Assembly: GCA_043719295.1 (NCBI GenBank)
Contig: JAYSUD010000006.1
Location: 17,318-81,317 of the forward strand
DNA length: 64,000 bases
Direction: 5' to 3'
From: a bacterium
GTDB lineage: Bacteria > Patescibacteriota > Minisyncoccia > Phycocordibacterales > UBA918
The notes under the pieces: model-generated
Database searches by the model: none
Told to the model about the DNA's origin: nothing
What the model saw: only the letters and a program-made list of their open reading frames with translations
Shown: positions 18,401 through 28,285 of the stretch, piece after piece
Position numbering within the stretch: the stretch's first letter is position 1
How the letters are laid out: every line of letters begins with the position of its first letter
Program-made: the position numbers and the translations under genes

Positions 18401-18802
18401 GTTGGCCCCGAACGTAATGTCGGGGCCATTTTCATGATAAGGGAACCCTACCATTGCACGCTATTGTTTTCACACTAGCGCGCGTGAACGCAATATGGTC
18501 AACATGGATGACGGGGGTGTTGCAGACAGGTGCGTTTTCGCCTCGAATCCACAGCATTCCGTTTTGCCTCACTGATCCGACGACCATTGGTGGTGCCGAT
18601 AAGTTTCATGAGGAATCTCCTTGTTACCGAGTCATCATTAAAATGAAAACATAAAAAGCCAGGACTCGGGGAACTGGCCTACTCGTACGATACCTGTATA
18701 CGTGTTCTTCGTCAATACAGCGAAAGTGCAGATACAAAAAACCGCTCGTTTAAAAAATAAACGGCGGCTGGTGCGGGAGCGAATTCCCCCGCACCATATA
18801 CT

Positions 18803-19210
18803 TCACGCGAAGACTGATTCGGCCTCTGTTCGTACAACCGCTTGGCGGATGCCGAGCTTCCCGATGGTTTGTTGAGGAGTTCGCAACAAGGGAAGAATAC
18901 GAAGTCCGCCTTCTTCGGAAACTGCAAACCCATTCATCGTCGCTCGCTGACCCTTAGTAAGCGGACTGAGTTTGAGTGTTTCTACTCCAAGCCTACAAAC
19001 CACTTCAACTTTCCATCGCTTGATTTTACAAAAATCGGCAGGATGAACCTTGCCACATACCATCATCGGAACAGCGACAGACTCGGTCCCTTTGATGTAA
19101 TAGCTGAAGTAGAAACCCTTCTTGTCCTGTGTCATTGTGGACAGTGAGGGCAAATTCCAAGTCAAAACTTGACCTGCAGCAAAACTCGGGTCAAACGGTA
19201 GTGTTTTCAA
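18803..19210 (-). CDS. Hypothetical protein of 135 aa, lying in a compositionally atypical, GC-richer stretch.
   Basis: This is the longest ORF in 18.4-19.28 kb and no motif was recognised. An overlapping ORF in another frame means it could be a gene remnant. Confidence 0.3.
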   Translation of the reverse strand: MKTLPFDPSFAAGQVLTWNLPSLSTMTQDKKGFYFSYYIKGTESVAVPMMVCGKVHPADFCKIKRWKVEVVCRLGVETLKLSPLTKGQRATMNGFAVSEEGGLRILPLLRTPQQTIGKLGIRQAVVRTEAESVFA

Positions 19211-19282
19211 AAGACTCTCCCATACTTGCTTGTTTCACCGAGCGTCTATAAAATTCTCGGCGCAAATAGAGTACAAGTCTAA

Positions 19283-19696
19283 CTACATTGCGTCAAGAGC
19301 TTCGTTTACCAACCGGTCTGCTTCTTTGTTTTCATTTCGCGAGACATGGATAAAATCAACTCGATTGTACTCCGTTACAAGTGTCTTTGCTGTATCAAAA
19401 TAGGTTTTTAAGGTTGCATCTTTAACTTTATACTCTCCAAGCATCTGTCGTTGCACCAGCTGACTATCAAGTTTTAAAGTTACATCAACACCCTTAGTGT
19501 CCGAAACTATAGTACTTAAAATTTCAAGTGCACGGACAATAGCTTGATACTCTGCAACGTTGTTTGTTGTATTTCCAATATACTCACCATGTTCACGAAC
19601 AACTCCACCCTTTGCATCAAGAATATATACTCCAATTGCAGCGGGCCCTGGATTGCCGCGCGCACCTCCATCAGTAAATACCGTAACTTTTTCCAT
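19283..19696 (-). CDS. rnhA: Ribonuclease HI.
   Basis: VTVFTDGGARGNPGPAAIGVYI...NNVAEYQAIVRALE... Confidence 0.85.
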   Translation of the reverse strand: MEKVTVFTDGGARGNPGPAAIGVYILDAKGGVVREHGEYIGNTTNNVAEYQAIVRALEILSTIVSDTKGVDVTLKLDSQLVQRQMLGEYKVKDATLKTYFDTAKTLVTEYNRVDFIHVSRNENKEADRLVNEALDAM

Positions 19697-19724
19697 AATT
19701 AGAGAATACTATACCATTAAAGTA

Positions 19725-19753
19725 AATTTCGGCCGCCCCAGTATTCTAGGGGC
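19725..19753. terminator. GC hairpin, CGGCCGCCCC-agtattcta-GGGGCGGCCG, with a 10-bp stem.
   Basis: A perfect GC stem lying between rnhA and the small ORF 19765..19977. Confidence 0.45.
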
Positions 19754-19764
19754 GGCCGAGGTGA

Positions 19765-19977
19765 TTACATGTGCTTAAGAACATCTTTGAGGGAAGGAGT
19801 GATTTCAACCGGTGGTGCTTTACCAATGACAATCTTTCCATCTGCACAAAGGGTGATCTTAAGATTGCCTTTGGATAACTTAATGTACAGCGACCCGTCT
19901 GGCTTTCTGTAGATGTCTGCCTTAGTTTTTGCAAACTCAAACAGTCCTACGAAACGATCGGCCACTTGGGTACTCAA
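19765..19977 (-). CDS. Hypothetical small protein of 70 aa.
   Basis: ORF only; the MSTQVADRFVGLFEFAKTKADIYRK sequence gave no recognised motif. Confidence 0.3.
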   Translation of the reverse strand: MSTQVADRFVGLFEFAKTKADIYRKPDGSLYIKLSKGNLKITLCADGKIVIGKAPPVEITPSLKDVLKHM

Positions 19978-20084
19978 CCTTTTGAGGGAGGGCTTCCCCC
20001 TATCACTGTACTTAAGTTCTATAGCTCTGATTGGGATAATTTTCTCCTTTTTGTTTTGATCTTGGAAGGTAGTATCGCTTACTT

Positions 20085-21794
20085 CTATAAAATGTCAACA
20101 ATTCGCAAACGCGTTTGCATCCGTCCCATAAAAAATGATTGCTCTACGTGTGCATAGAGATTAATCCGTTCACCTGCTTTCGGTACTTTTTTAAAGTCCT
20201 CAGGTTTCATAAAAAAAGCTATTGCCTCACCCGCTTGTCCGTCAGTATCAAAAATTAATTTTGTATGCTCTTTTACTTTCCCAAACGCTGCAACTGACTT
20301 TGGGGAAACATTTTCAAACAGGTACAATGGCTTAGGGTTTTTCATACCAAAAGGGGCGATACTTTTTTGCTCCTTAAGAAATCCATGGGTAATATCTGAA
20401 AGTGATAGTTCTGCATCAACTACAACATCTTGATGTACCATTGCCTTCTCGCCTAGTGCAGTAAATGCAACATTAAGAGCCTCACCAAGCGTATGAATAT
20501 GTGTATCACTAACACCAAAACCTCCCGACATATGGTGTCCCCCATAGTGTTCAAGAAACGGCGCCACTTCGTCCATGAGTGCAACTATACTAACGCTACC
20601 ATTTGAACGACACGAACCTTTGATGATCCCATTTCCATCTTTACCCCATACAAACGCTGGTTTGTTGTATTCTTCAGCAAGTTTATTTGCTACGAGCCCA
20701 ACAAGCGACGGTCGCCAAAGCGGATTCCCCATAAATAAAACTTCAGGAATTTCTGACATACTTAACATGCGTCTGTGCACCTCTTTAGTCATTGAAGCCA
20801 CGATTCCTTTTCGCTCATTGTTCAGTTTTTCAAGATGTAACACCAACGCCCCTGCTTCATTTTCATCTTTAGTTGATAACATTAAAAATGCATCCTCAGG
20901 TGAATCCATACGGGAAGCGGCATTGATGCGGGGACCAATTGTAAATCCAATATCATCTTCAGTGAGGTACTCAATGTTTGCTTTTTGCGCTCGCAACAAA
21001 TGCTGTAATCCGAGCCGACGTGACTTTCGCAATACCTGCAATCCATAAAACGCCAAGGCTCTGTTTTCTCCTACAAGCGGAACCATATCTGCAATGGTTG
21101 CGAGCGCGACCATATCAAGTAACCATTTTTCTTGTCCGGCTTTAAGCACTAGAATTTTTTCTTCTGTACCTTTTATGATGAGTGCTTGCACAAGTTTGTA
21201 GATGACCCCACTTCCGCAGAGCCCATCAAATGGATAGGTGTCACCAATTTTTGGGTTTACAATCGCAAATGCATTTGGGAGTGTTTCTTTAGGTTCATGA
21301 TGATCAGTGATGATTACATCAACACCGAGCTCAATACTTTTTTGCGTCGCTTCAAAATCAGTAGTACCACAATCAATAGTAATAATGAGACCAACTCCCT
21401 CTTGTGCGAGCTTTATACTTGCGTCCACATTAAATCCAAATCCTTCATAATGACGATGGGGAATGTAATTTTGAAAATTTGTGTACCCGATGGTTTTGAA
21501 AAAATCATGGAGAACCACAGCACCTGGAATGCCGTCACAGTCGTAGTCACTATAAATTGCGACGCGTTCATTGTCACGGATTGCTTTCAAAATTCGAATC
21601 ACTGCTTTTTCCATGTCATGAAGTAAAAAAGGATCGTGCAAATGTTCTTCATACGAAGGGTTCAAAAAAGCTACTGCCTCATTTTTGGTTTTGATTCCTC
21701 GCGTGAACATGAGTTGTTGCAAGTATGGACTATAATTTTCAAGTTCTTTTCTTACATCTTCTGAGATTTCTGGAGCGAGTACGTACTTTGACAT
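20085..21794 (-). CDS. recJ: Single-stranded-DNA-specific exonuclease RecJ (DHH family).
   Basis: DYDCDGIPGAVVLHDFF...VIITDHHEP...; DHH and DHHA1 layout. Confidence 0.85.
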   Translation of the reverse strand: MSKYVLAPEISEDVRKELENYSPYLQQLMFTRGIKTKNEAVAFLNPSYEEHLHDPFLLHDMEKAVIRILKAIRDNERVAIYSDYDCDGIPGAVVLHDFFKTIGYTNFQNYIPHRHYEGFGFNVDASIKLAQEGVGLIITIDCGTTDFEATQKSIELGVDVIITDHHEPKETLPNAFAIVNPKIGDTYPFDGLCGSGVIYKLVQALIIKGTEEKILVLKAGQEKWLLDMVALATIADMVPLVGENRALAFYGLQVLRKSRRLGLQHLLRAQKANIEYLTEDDIGFTIGPRINAASRMDSPEDAFLMLSTKDENEAGALVLHLEKLNNERKGIVASMTKEVHRRMLSMSEIPEVLFMGNPLWRPSLVGLVANKLAEEYNKPAFVWGKDGNGIIKGSCRSNGSVSIVALMDEVAPFLEHYGGHHMSGGFGVSDTHIHTLGEALNVAFTALGEKAMVHQDVVVDAELSLSDITHGFLKEQKSIAPFGMKNPKPLYLFENVSPKSVAAFGKVKEHTKLIFDTDGQAGEAIAFFMKPEDFKKVPKAGERINLYAHVEQSFFMGRMQTRLRIVDIL

Positions 21795-21839
21795 ATTGGC
21801 TATGGTACCATGATGGAGTTATTGCTTATATATTCACAC

Positions 21840-22250
21840 ATGTCATCAATTTTCACCAAAATCATAAACCGCGAAATACCTGGTCATTTTATATATGAAG
21901 ACGAGTTTTGTGTCGCAATTTTAGATAAGTTCCCGGCAGTTAAAGGTCAGTCGTTGGTTATCCCAAAAAAAGACATTGATTATGCATTTGATCTTGACGA
22001 CGATTCATACATTCATCTTTTCCAAATTGCTAAAAAAATCGCAAAAGCTTCAGACCAAGCACTTAATGCAGTACGCACCTGCTTAGTAGTTGAAGGATTT
22101 GATGTCCCCCATGTGCATATTAAAATCTATCCAATGCAAGATACAAACGAAGCACTTGGTGCAATAATGCCTAGAGGAAAAGAAGCAAACGACGAGGATC
22201 TGGCTGTTGTAGCCATGCAAATTACAAAGGCGTTAGAAGAGATTGTCTAA
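21840..22250 (+). CDS. HIT-family (histidine triad) hydrolase.
   Basis: MSSIFTKIINREIPGHFIYEDEFCVAILD...VPHVHIKIYP is the HxHxH-type triad. Confidence 0.8.
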   Translation: MSSIFTKIINREIPGHFIYEDEFCVAILDKFPAVKGQSLVIPKKDIDYAFDLDDDSYIHLFQIAKKIAKASDQALNAVRTCLVVEGFDVPHVHIKIYPMQDTNEALGAIMPRGKEANDEDLAVVAMQITKALEEIV

Positions 22251-22270
22251 TTTCTTTAGCTTCCATCACG

Positions 22271-22297
22271 AAAAAACGGCCGAGGCCGTTTTTTTTG
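22271..22297. terminator. Bidirectional terminator, AAAAAACGGCC-ga-GGCCGTTTTTTTT.
   Basis: A hairpin with flanking A and T runs, lying between the HIT gene(+) and pgk(-). Confidence 0.8.
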
Positions 22298-22316
22298 TGA
22301 TGAGCAAGTTTAAGTG

Positions 22317-23462
22317 TTACGATTTTTGTGCTTTAAGCAAAGCGTCTAAGGCCGGAAGTGATCCAAGTTCCAAGAACGTAAGCATTGCTCCTCCTGCGGT
22401 TGAAAGAAAACTATATTGATCTTCGTTATGAAGTGACTCTATTGAGGCTACAGTATCACCTCCACCAATAACTGAATATGCATCTGACTTTGCAATTAAG
22501 TGTGCACAGGCAAGTGTCTGATCTTTGAACCCTCCTTCATAATTCCCCAATGGTCCATTCCACAAAATAGTTCCTGCATTTTGAATATAGGGTTCAAGCA
22601 TTGTGAGTGTCGCAGGGCCCGCATCTAAAATTGACTCAATTTTTTGTACAGCTTCAAGACTTGCAACTCTTTGACTCCCTTCAGTACTCACCACAACATC
22701 AGTTGGGAGTAGAATTTTAGGGTGTGTAAGAAGTGGACTGCTTTCTAGACTCATGTCTGACACTAGCGACGTTCCGACTTCATACCCTTTTGCTTTAAAG
22801 AAGTCATTAGCTAATGCACCAGCAATAAACACATGGTCATACAGAGCTAGGAACTTTTCTACCAATGGCATTTTTGTTTCAAACTTTGCTCCTCCGAGAA
22901 TAAACAGTGATGGTGAAACGGGTTGGAGTGCTTTTGATAATTCTTCATATTCATGTGCAAAGTTAATCCCAACGTATGAAGGTAATAAATCACAAATTGC
23001 ATGTAATGATGCATGCTCTCGATGCGAAGCGGCGAAATCATCATTAACAAAAATATCTGCAAGCGATGCAAGCTCTTGTGCAAACGGCACGTCATTTGAA
23101 AGCTCACGTTCGTCTTTTCGTACGTTCTCAAGTAAGAGTGCTTCACCATTTTGAAGTGTATTACGAAGTGAAGTTGTGGCTTCACCGGTAACTTCAGGCG
23201 AAAGTGTGACTTTTATACTTTTTTTAAGAATCTCAAACACAGGTGCAATACTTTGCGTACCATCTTTACCTAAGTGACTGCAAATAATAACCTTCGCCCC
23301 CTTCTCACATAAATACGTAATGGTCTCTAGACTTTGCGTGATACGAAATACGTCGAGCACAACTCCATCTTTTGTGGGTACGTTTAGTGCAGAACGCACA
23401 AACACAAACTTTCCTTCTAAATCTACAACGTCAGTAATGCGAGGTAAATTATGATGTTGCAT
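22317..23462 (-). CDS. pgk: Phosphoglycerate kinase.
   Basis: LEGKFVFVRSALNVP...GGGDTVASIE...; overlaps the tpiA stop. Confidence 0.88.
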   Translation of the reverse strand: MQHHNLPRITDVVDLEGKFVFVRSALNVPTKDGVVLDVFRITQSLETITYLCEKGAKVIICSHLGKDGTQSIAPVFEILKKSIKVTLSPEVTGEATTSLRNTLQNGEALLLENVRKDERELSNDVPFAQELASLADIFVNDDFAASHREHASLHAICDLLPSYVGINFAHEYEELSKALQPVSPSLFILGGAKFETKMPLVEKFLALYDHVFIAGALANDFFKAKGYEVGTSLVSDMSLESSPLLTHPKILLPTDVVVSTEGSQRVASLEAVQKIESILDAGPATLTMLEPYIQNAGTILWNGPLGNYEGGFKDQTLACAHLIAKSDAYSVIGGGDTVASIESLHNEDQYSFLSTAGGAMLTFLELGSLPALDALLKAQKS

Positions 23463-24243
23463 ACGTATCACTAATTTTAATAATTTGTGCGAACTCAAGA
23501 GATTTTAAACTCGCGCCTCCTACCAAGAAACCATCAGCTTTTCCTTCATATAACAAATTTTCTGCATTGTCAGCATTCACCGAACCCCCGTACAGTACTC
23601 TAACTTTAGACACAACACTTCTTCCAAAAAGATCAACCAGGCACTTCTGAATAAATAATTTCATTTCTTGTACATCTTCTGCTGTTGCATGTTTGTTTGT
23701 TCCAATTGCCCAAACAGGTTCATAGGCAAACACTAACCGATTAACGTGCACTTTTTTTAGAGTCGCACAGGCAGTTCGTAACTGCTCTTGGACTACATTG
23801 AAATAGTCTCCGTGGGTATCACGAACTGTTTCGCCAATACATACAACAGGAGTTAATCCAGCTTGCAAAACTGCTTCTGTCTTTTTACGAATTACTTCAT
23901 TTGTCTCACCATCTTTGCGTCGTTCACTGTGACCGACAATGACATATGAAACTCCAACGCTTTTAAGCATAGGAAGTGATGTCTCACCCGTATGTGCACC
24001 CTGTACCTCATAAGAAACGTCTTGCGCCCCAAGTGCCATACGAGTTTTTCCAACAATCTTTTGAAGACTTGTCAGATAGAGCGTGGGCGGCGCAATAACT
24101 ACTTGTGCATACGCATTTTTTGTTCCTATAGTTTTTTTAATGAGCGTTAAAAGTTGCGTAGCTTTTTCTACTGACTCTGGATTCATTTTCCAATTTCCGA
24201 TAATAAGTGGTATCTGCTTTTTTCCAAATGCTGTTTTTGCCAT
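23449..24243 (-). CDS. tpiA: Triose-phosphate isomerase.
   Basis: PLIIGNWKMN...VIAPPTLYL...GAQDVSYEVQGAHTGETS...VIVGHSERR. Confidence 0.9.
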   Translation of the reverse strand: MAKTAFGKKQIPLIIGNWKMNPESVEKATQLLTLIKKTIGTKNAYAQVVIAPPTLYLTSLQKIVGKTRMALGAQDVSYEVQGAHTGETSLPMLKSVGVSYVIVGHSERRKDGETNEVIRKKTEAVLQAGLTPVVCIGETVRDTHGDYFNVVQEQLRTACATLKKVHVNRLVFAYEPVWAIGTNKHATAEDVQEMKLFIQKCLVDLFGRSVVSKVRVLYGGSVNADNAENLLYEGKADGFLVGGASLKSLEFAQIIKISDTYATS

Positions 24244-24325
24244 TGTTAAAAATTGTACCATGAAGGTCTAGAACAGACTTCTAATCGTCAAGCTGCGCTC
24301 TTTGGTTAATTAGCCTAAATCGAGA

Positions 24326-24487
24326 TGGAACTTCGCCATTGTCGTTACATCAGATTGAGTAAGTTAAGCGTTCGAGAGTTCCCATTTTCTGCTGAACTTA
24401 CTGTAGAACACGGCTAACGCCGAGGTTCTACAGTAAGTTCTGGGTCAGCAGCAGAAAATCGGAACGAACTTCGCCATTGTCGCTACG
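24326..24487. repeat. Family B structured repeat. A roughly 35-bp imperfect hairpin (CTGCTGAACTTACTGTAGAAC...GTTCTACAGTAAGTTCTGGGTCAGCAG, with a CCCAG bulge) is flanked by direct GAACTTCGCCATTGTCG(T/C)TAC boxes.
   Basis: It is homologous, in inverted orientation, to the elements at 39647-39895. Confidence 0.7.
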
Positions 24488-24496
24488 CTCTGTGGC

Positions 24497-25894
24497 TCAG
24501 TTCACTTCGCGCCATTCGATAAACTCATAGGTATCAGAAGTCTCAGGCGTCAACGGTGGTGGATCCGATACAAGATCTCTATCGTATGAATTGTATCGAG
24601 TGTTAAAACCTGAAGTATACACACCTAAATTATTTACCCATTTTGTACCTTCACGTCCATTTGAAACAATAGTGCCATTTATGGTCAGAGAATTACGTTT
24701 AATATATGCTCGCCAAGAAGCGGGTATAGATGTATCGAAATGATTACGTCCAAAGTGACCTAATTGCGCCATAAAAATACCGTTAAGAGTCATATTATCA
24801 GGAACCTCCAAACCAATGAGTACATCATACTCCCCTATTGCAAGTAATCCTGAATTCGCGTCTGCGTATGTAATATTATTGTTCAATATTATTGACGGAT
24901 CTCTTCCAACTGTGTCGACATCAGCAACCGCAAGAGTGACCTTACCTTTTACAACTCCTTCAAGCCATACTTGATCCTCAACATAAATAACTGCACACCC
25001 AGTTGGAATTGGGTAATTTCCAAGTAACGTAGTCCCATTAAGAATATGCATATAGCGACCCCATGCGTATCCGTTTGGCTCATTATGCTTGCTGTTCACT
25101 CTACGTACATCATACGTACCATTTGATTTAAAAATAATATGGTATCCAGATCTTCCTGAAGGGCCAAAATATCTTCCACCTGCATTTTGTGCTTTATATT
25201 GCATATCCGCTAAATCAACCGTAATACCAGTGAAGTTAATTGGGGTCGAAGGATATGACCATAAATCAAAATTTGCTCCTGCGCCAAATACACCTGCTCT
25301 AGTAGTAGTTGGAGTGCATCCAAAACTTGGTGTACATGACCAGGTTTCTTGACCACTGGTTACGGTTGAGTTATTGGTTCCATCCATGCGGATTCCCCCA
25401 TTGGAGTGGTAGGGTCCTACAATCACTCTGTCAGCCCCTGCCCACACATTAGAGTTTATAATGTATGCGTATTCAGCTACAGTTGGCTGCGCATACCGAC
25501 CATACACCGTACGTCCATAGTTTGGCTCAGCATAGGTTTTCCCTGTTGAAACTATATCAACCGCATATGTTTCTCCACATGCACTTGAACTTGCAACCGT
25601 GAGTGAATATTCTCCAATTGGTCCACCCTCAGGATCAGAATATACACCAACATACGGCCCTGCAACTCCAGTGCCGTTTGTTACATTGCCAGGGTTATGG
25701 GCTAAAAACCATTTGTAATAATTTAATCCTGCTTCTGCAATATCAATAGCTTGCTCTCTATGGTAGTTGATAATCTGTGATCTGTGTTGCGTTACGATAA
25801 AGCTGATAAATGCAGCAATCATCGTGAGAAAAATTGATCCAAATACTAAAATAAGGACTAACAGATACCCATGATGTTGTTTATATGTTTGCAT
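24497..25894 (-). CDS. Type IV pilus minor component (PilX-like) with an N-terminal transmembrane anchor.
   Basis: N-terminal hydrophobic segment GYLLVLILVFGSIFLTMIAAF. It is the last gene of the pilB-pilC-pseudopilin operon. Confidence 0.5.
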   Translation of the reverse strand: MQTYKQHHGYLLVLILVFGSIFLTMIAAFISFIVTQHRSQIINYHREQAIDIAEAGLNYYKWFLAHNPGNVTNGTGVAGPYVGVYSDPEGGPIGEYSLTVASSSACGETYAVDIVSTGKTYAEPNYGRTVYGRYAQPTVAEYAYIINSNVWAGADRVIVGPYHSNGGIRMDGTNNSTVTSGQETWSCTPSFGCTPTTTRAGVFGAGANFDLWSYPSTPINFTGITVDLADMQYKAQNAGGRYFGPSGRSGYHIIFKSNGTYDVRRVNSKHNEPNGYAWGRYMHILNGTTLLGNYPIPTGCAVIYVEDQVWLEGVVKGKVTLAVADVDTVGRDPSIILNNNITYADANSGLLAIGEYDVLIGLEVPDNMTLNGIFMAQLGHFGRNHFDTSIPASWRAYIKRNSLTINGTIVSNGREGTKWVNNLGVYTSGFNTRYNSYDRDLVSDPPPLTPETSDTYEFIEWREVN

Positions 25895-26520
25895 TATAAG
25901 TTGTCTTTTAGATTACGTAATGCCGCAGCACTTCTGAGCATAAATTGCCCAGGATCACGAACAGGATCAACGTTCACAATTATTTGTGCTCCTACATATA
26001 CTATATCAGTAACAGTACTCGTTGGAGTCCTAAGTTTTCCTGTATTGTCGTAATAGAAAAAAGTTGAAGTTGCCTGATTCAGATTCTGCACATAGTTTGA
26101 AAGGAGATATGTTGCCTCAGCTGTTGTTGAATATACTGGGGGATTCCCGACAGCCCCATACACACGTTTAGTAAGTCGTGTCGTAGTTGATAGCTCGTAT
26201 TCAACATACTCAACACTATCGTCTCTATCAATATCACTATAAAAACCAATTTTGTGGGGTTGCATAATGGCAAGTGGAAAAGTACCATCATCTGCGAACG
26301 TCATTTCTCGAATATCACGAATGAGTGCATCCATACCTTTTCGTGCATTATCTACCTGTGATGACTGAGCAATTGAATACGCATTATGTCGATAGAATGT
26401 CAGGATACTTTGCGTAAGTGCCAACATAACTACTGTAAAAATTCCTAATACAACTACAGTCTCTACAAGAGTAAATCCAGAAGTGTTTTGTCTGTATAAA
26501 TTTTTAATAGTCATACACAT
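25894..26520 (-). CDS. Prepilin-type N-terminal cleavage/methylation domain protein (minor pilin or pseudopilin).
   Basis: MCMTIKNLYRQNTSG|FTLVETVVVLGIFTVVM is a class III signal. Confidence 0.7.
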   Translation of the reverse strand: MCMTIKNLYRQNTSGFTLVETVVVLGIFTVVMLALTQSILTFYRHNAYSIAQSSQVDNARKGMDALIRDIREMTFADDGTFPLAIMQPHKIGFYSDIDRDDSVEYVEYELSTTTRLTKRVYGAVGNPPVYSTTAEATYLLSNYVQNLNQATSTFFYYDNTGKLRTPTSTVTDIVYVGAQIIVNVDPVRDPGQFMLRSAAALRNLKDNL

Positions 26521-26521
26521 A

Positions 26522-28279
26522 TTATGAACTTACAAGAGTCACTATAATTGATTCAGTCCCATCAACAGTAAGCGCTGTTTGTGTCTGACTTACATATCCA
26601 AATGCTGTAACCGTAAGGTCATAGTCAATAGCTGATGTTAACCCACTATTAAATATACTTTGACCACACGAAGAGGTTATTTTTGTTTGATTAAAACCGC
26701 CTCGACTTAATTGTACAGATGCGTTAGGAATATCATTACCCGCAGTATCTATAACTGATACACGAAATGAATACGTCGTCGCTGGAGCGAGTGTGAGTGT
26801 GAGTGTTTCGGTTACTCCAGGAGCTAGTGCATACGGAATATTTTTACATGACTCTGCAACGTCGTATGCTGGATTTGAAACTAGCACATCATACACATCC
26901 CACTCCAAAGAAGGGAGTAAGATCGCTCCACTTCCATTGGTGGTAACAGAATTGGTATATTTATATACAGGAGTTGCTCCATTTGTACCTATCCTTTTTG
27001 TCCCCGTTATTGTGAGAGGAATACCCGCAAGTTCAGTTTTGGATTGTGTGTAAGCTACCTTCCATGACGCAAGCGTAGGAGTTGTCACTGAGCTTGAACT
27101 ATACAAAGAGGTGCCAATAGCAATGGAAGGATATGTACTTACATCAAGTGATGCAAGTGATACTGTGCCCAAGTCAAAACCAGCAGTGTTCCCAGGAAGG
27201 ACTGCATCAGGGATAAGAAGTGGAGATGAAGTCCCTGTTCTGCTATACACATGGACTCTCAGAGACGTTCCTGCTGGAGTAGTCCCTTCTGTTGAAAATG
27301 TATCCCATGAGGATAGTGGACTTGGTGTAATGGTATTTGAAAGAATAGTCCCTTTTGGACTATAGCTACTTGGTCCACCCGACAACAGTACATCTCCAGA
27401 AGACAACACTATGTTACTTGTAGTTGCAACAGCACTTGCATCAATGAAGGTGTCCACAAAAGAATCTGTACTTGGCACTGCCATAGTTTGTATTGCAAGA
27501 GAACTTAATCTATCAATCTGAAAATTCATTGTAGACACTTGGCTTTCAAGTACCGCAACATGGGGTGTTATTGGGTTTGGGTTGGTAGTTGAGGAGTTGT
27601 ATGTTTGATCAACTGAATAGCCGACGTTGGAGACAGTAATCTGATAACCCCCATTTGCAGGTGCCCCGGAAAAAAAAGCAATCCCGTCGATGTTTGTATA
27701 CCGAGTTGTATCTATGGTAGTGGTTCCCGTATTATTATAAACACGAACCGCTGCACCAGATACAGGTAACACTGCAGCATCAAATACATTAACCACCAAG
27801 GTACCTCCTCCGGCTGTTGTCTCAATACCTCGAGGAATAATATTTGAAAGAAGTGATATGGTTTTAATTACTCCTTTTTGATCCCAACTATATGAGACTT
27901 TAGCAAGCTTATAATCAGCCAAAATAGCGTTGCTGTCTGAAGCGCCACTACCATCTTTTGGATCATCAACATACCCAATTAAAATCCGTTCTGTATAGGT
28001 TACTCCGTTAAGTGTTTTTGTTGCAGTCTGTGGAATGAGTCCATTGGGGATACCACTAATAGTTCCAACACTATCGTATGGAAGCGAACGGATATATTCC
28101 ATTCTTTCATTTGCCAAAGATACAGCACCTGCTTGAGCTTTAGAAGAACCAATGAGTGTCGATATTGTTTGCAGTGCTGAAAAGATTCCACCAAATACCA
28201 AAAGCATCAAAGCAGCAGCAAACACAACTTCAATGAGTGTCATCCCGCGCTTATTATATCCTTGGTGACAAGATGCCAT
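26522..28279 (-). CDS. Large pseudopilin or pilus-tip protein with a prepilin-type N-terminus.
   Basis: ...NKRG|MTLIEVVFAAALMLLVFGG..., followed by a 585-aa Ser/Thr-rich beta-rich region. Confidence 0.65.
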   Translation of the reverse strand: MASCHQGYNKRGMTLIEVVFAAALMLLVFGGIFSALQTISTLIGSSKAQAGAVSLANERMEYIRSLPYDSVGTISGIPNGLIPQTATKTLNGVTYTERILIGYVDDPKDGSGASDSNAILADYKLAKVSYSWDQKGVIKTISLLSNIIPRGIETTAGGGTLVVNVFDAAVLPVSGAAVRVYNNTGTTTIDTTRYTNIDGIAFFSGAPANGGYQITVSNVGYSVDQTYNSSTTNPNPITPHVAVLESQVSTMNFQIDRLSSLAIQTMAVPSTDSFVDTFIDASAVATTSNIVLSSGDVLLSGGPSSYSPKGTILSNTITPSPLSSWDTFSTEGTTPAGTSLRVHVYSRTGTSSPLLIPDAVLPGNTAGFDLGTVSLASLDVSTYPSIAIGTSLYSSSSVTTPTLASWKVAYTQSKTELAGIPLTITGTKRIGTNGATPVYKYTNSVTTNGSGAILLPSLEWDVYDVLVSNPAYDVAESCKNIPYALAPGVTETLTLTLAPATTYSFRVSVIDTAGNDIPNASVQLSRGGFNQTKITSSCGQSIFNSGLTSAIDYDLTVTAFGYVSQTQTALTVDGTESIIVTLVSS

Positions 28280-28285
28280 AAATAT

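Noticed and set aside
18400-19280. tmRNA, RNase P RNA or SRP RNA in the GC-richer gene-poor stretch.
   Set aside because: No tRNA-like 3' end (TTCGA...CCA), no P4 consensus (AGGAAAGTCC...) and no SRP domain IV motif could be found by eye.
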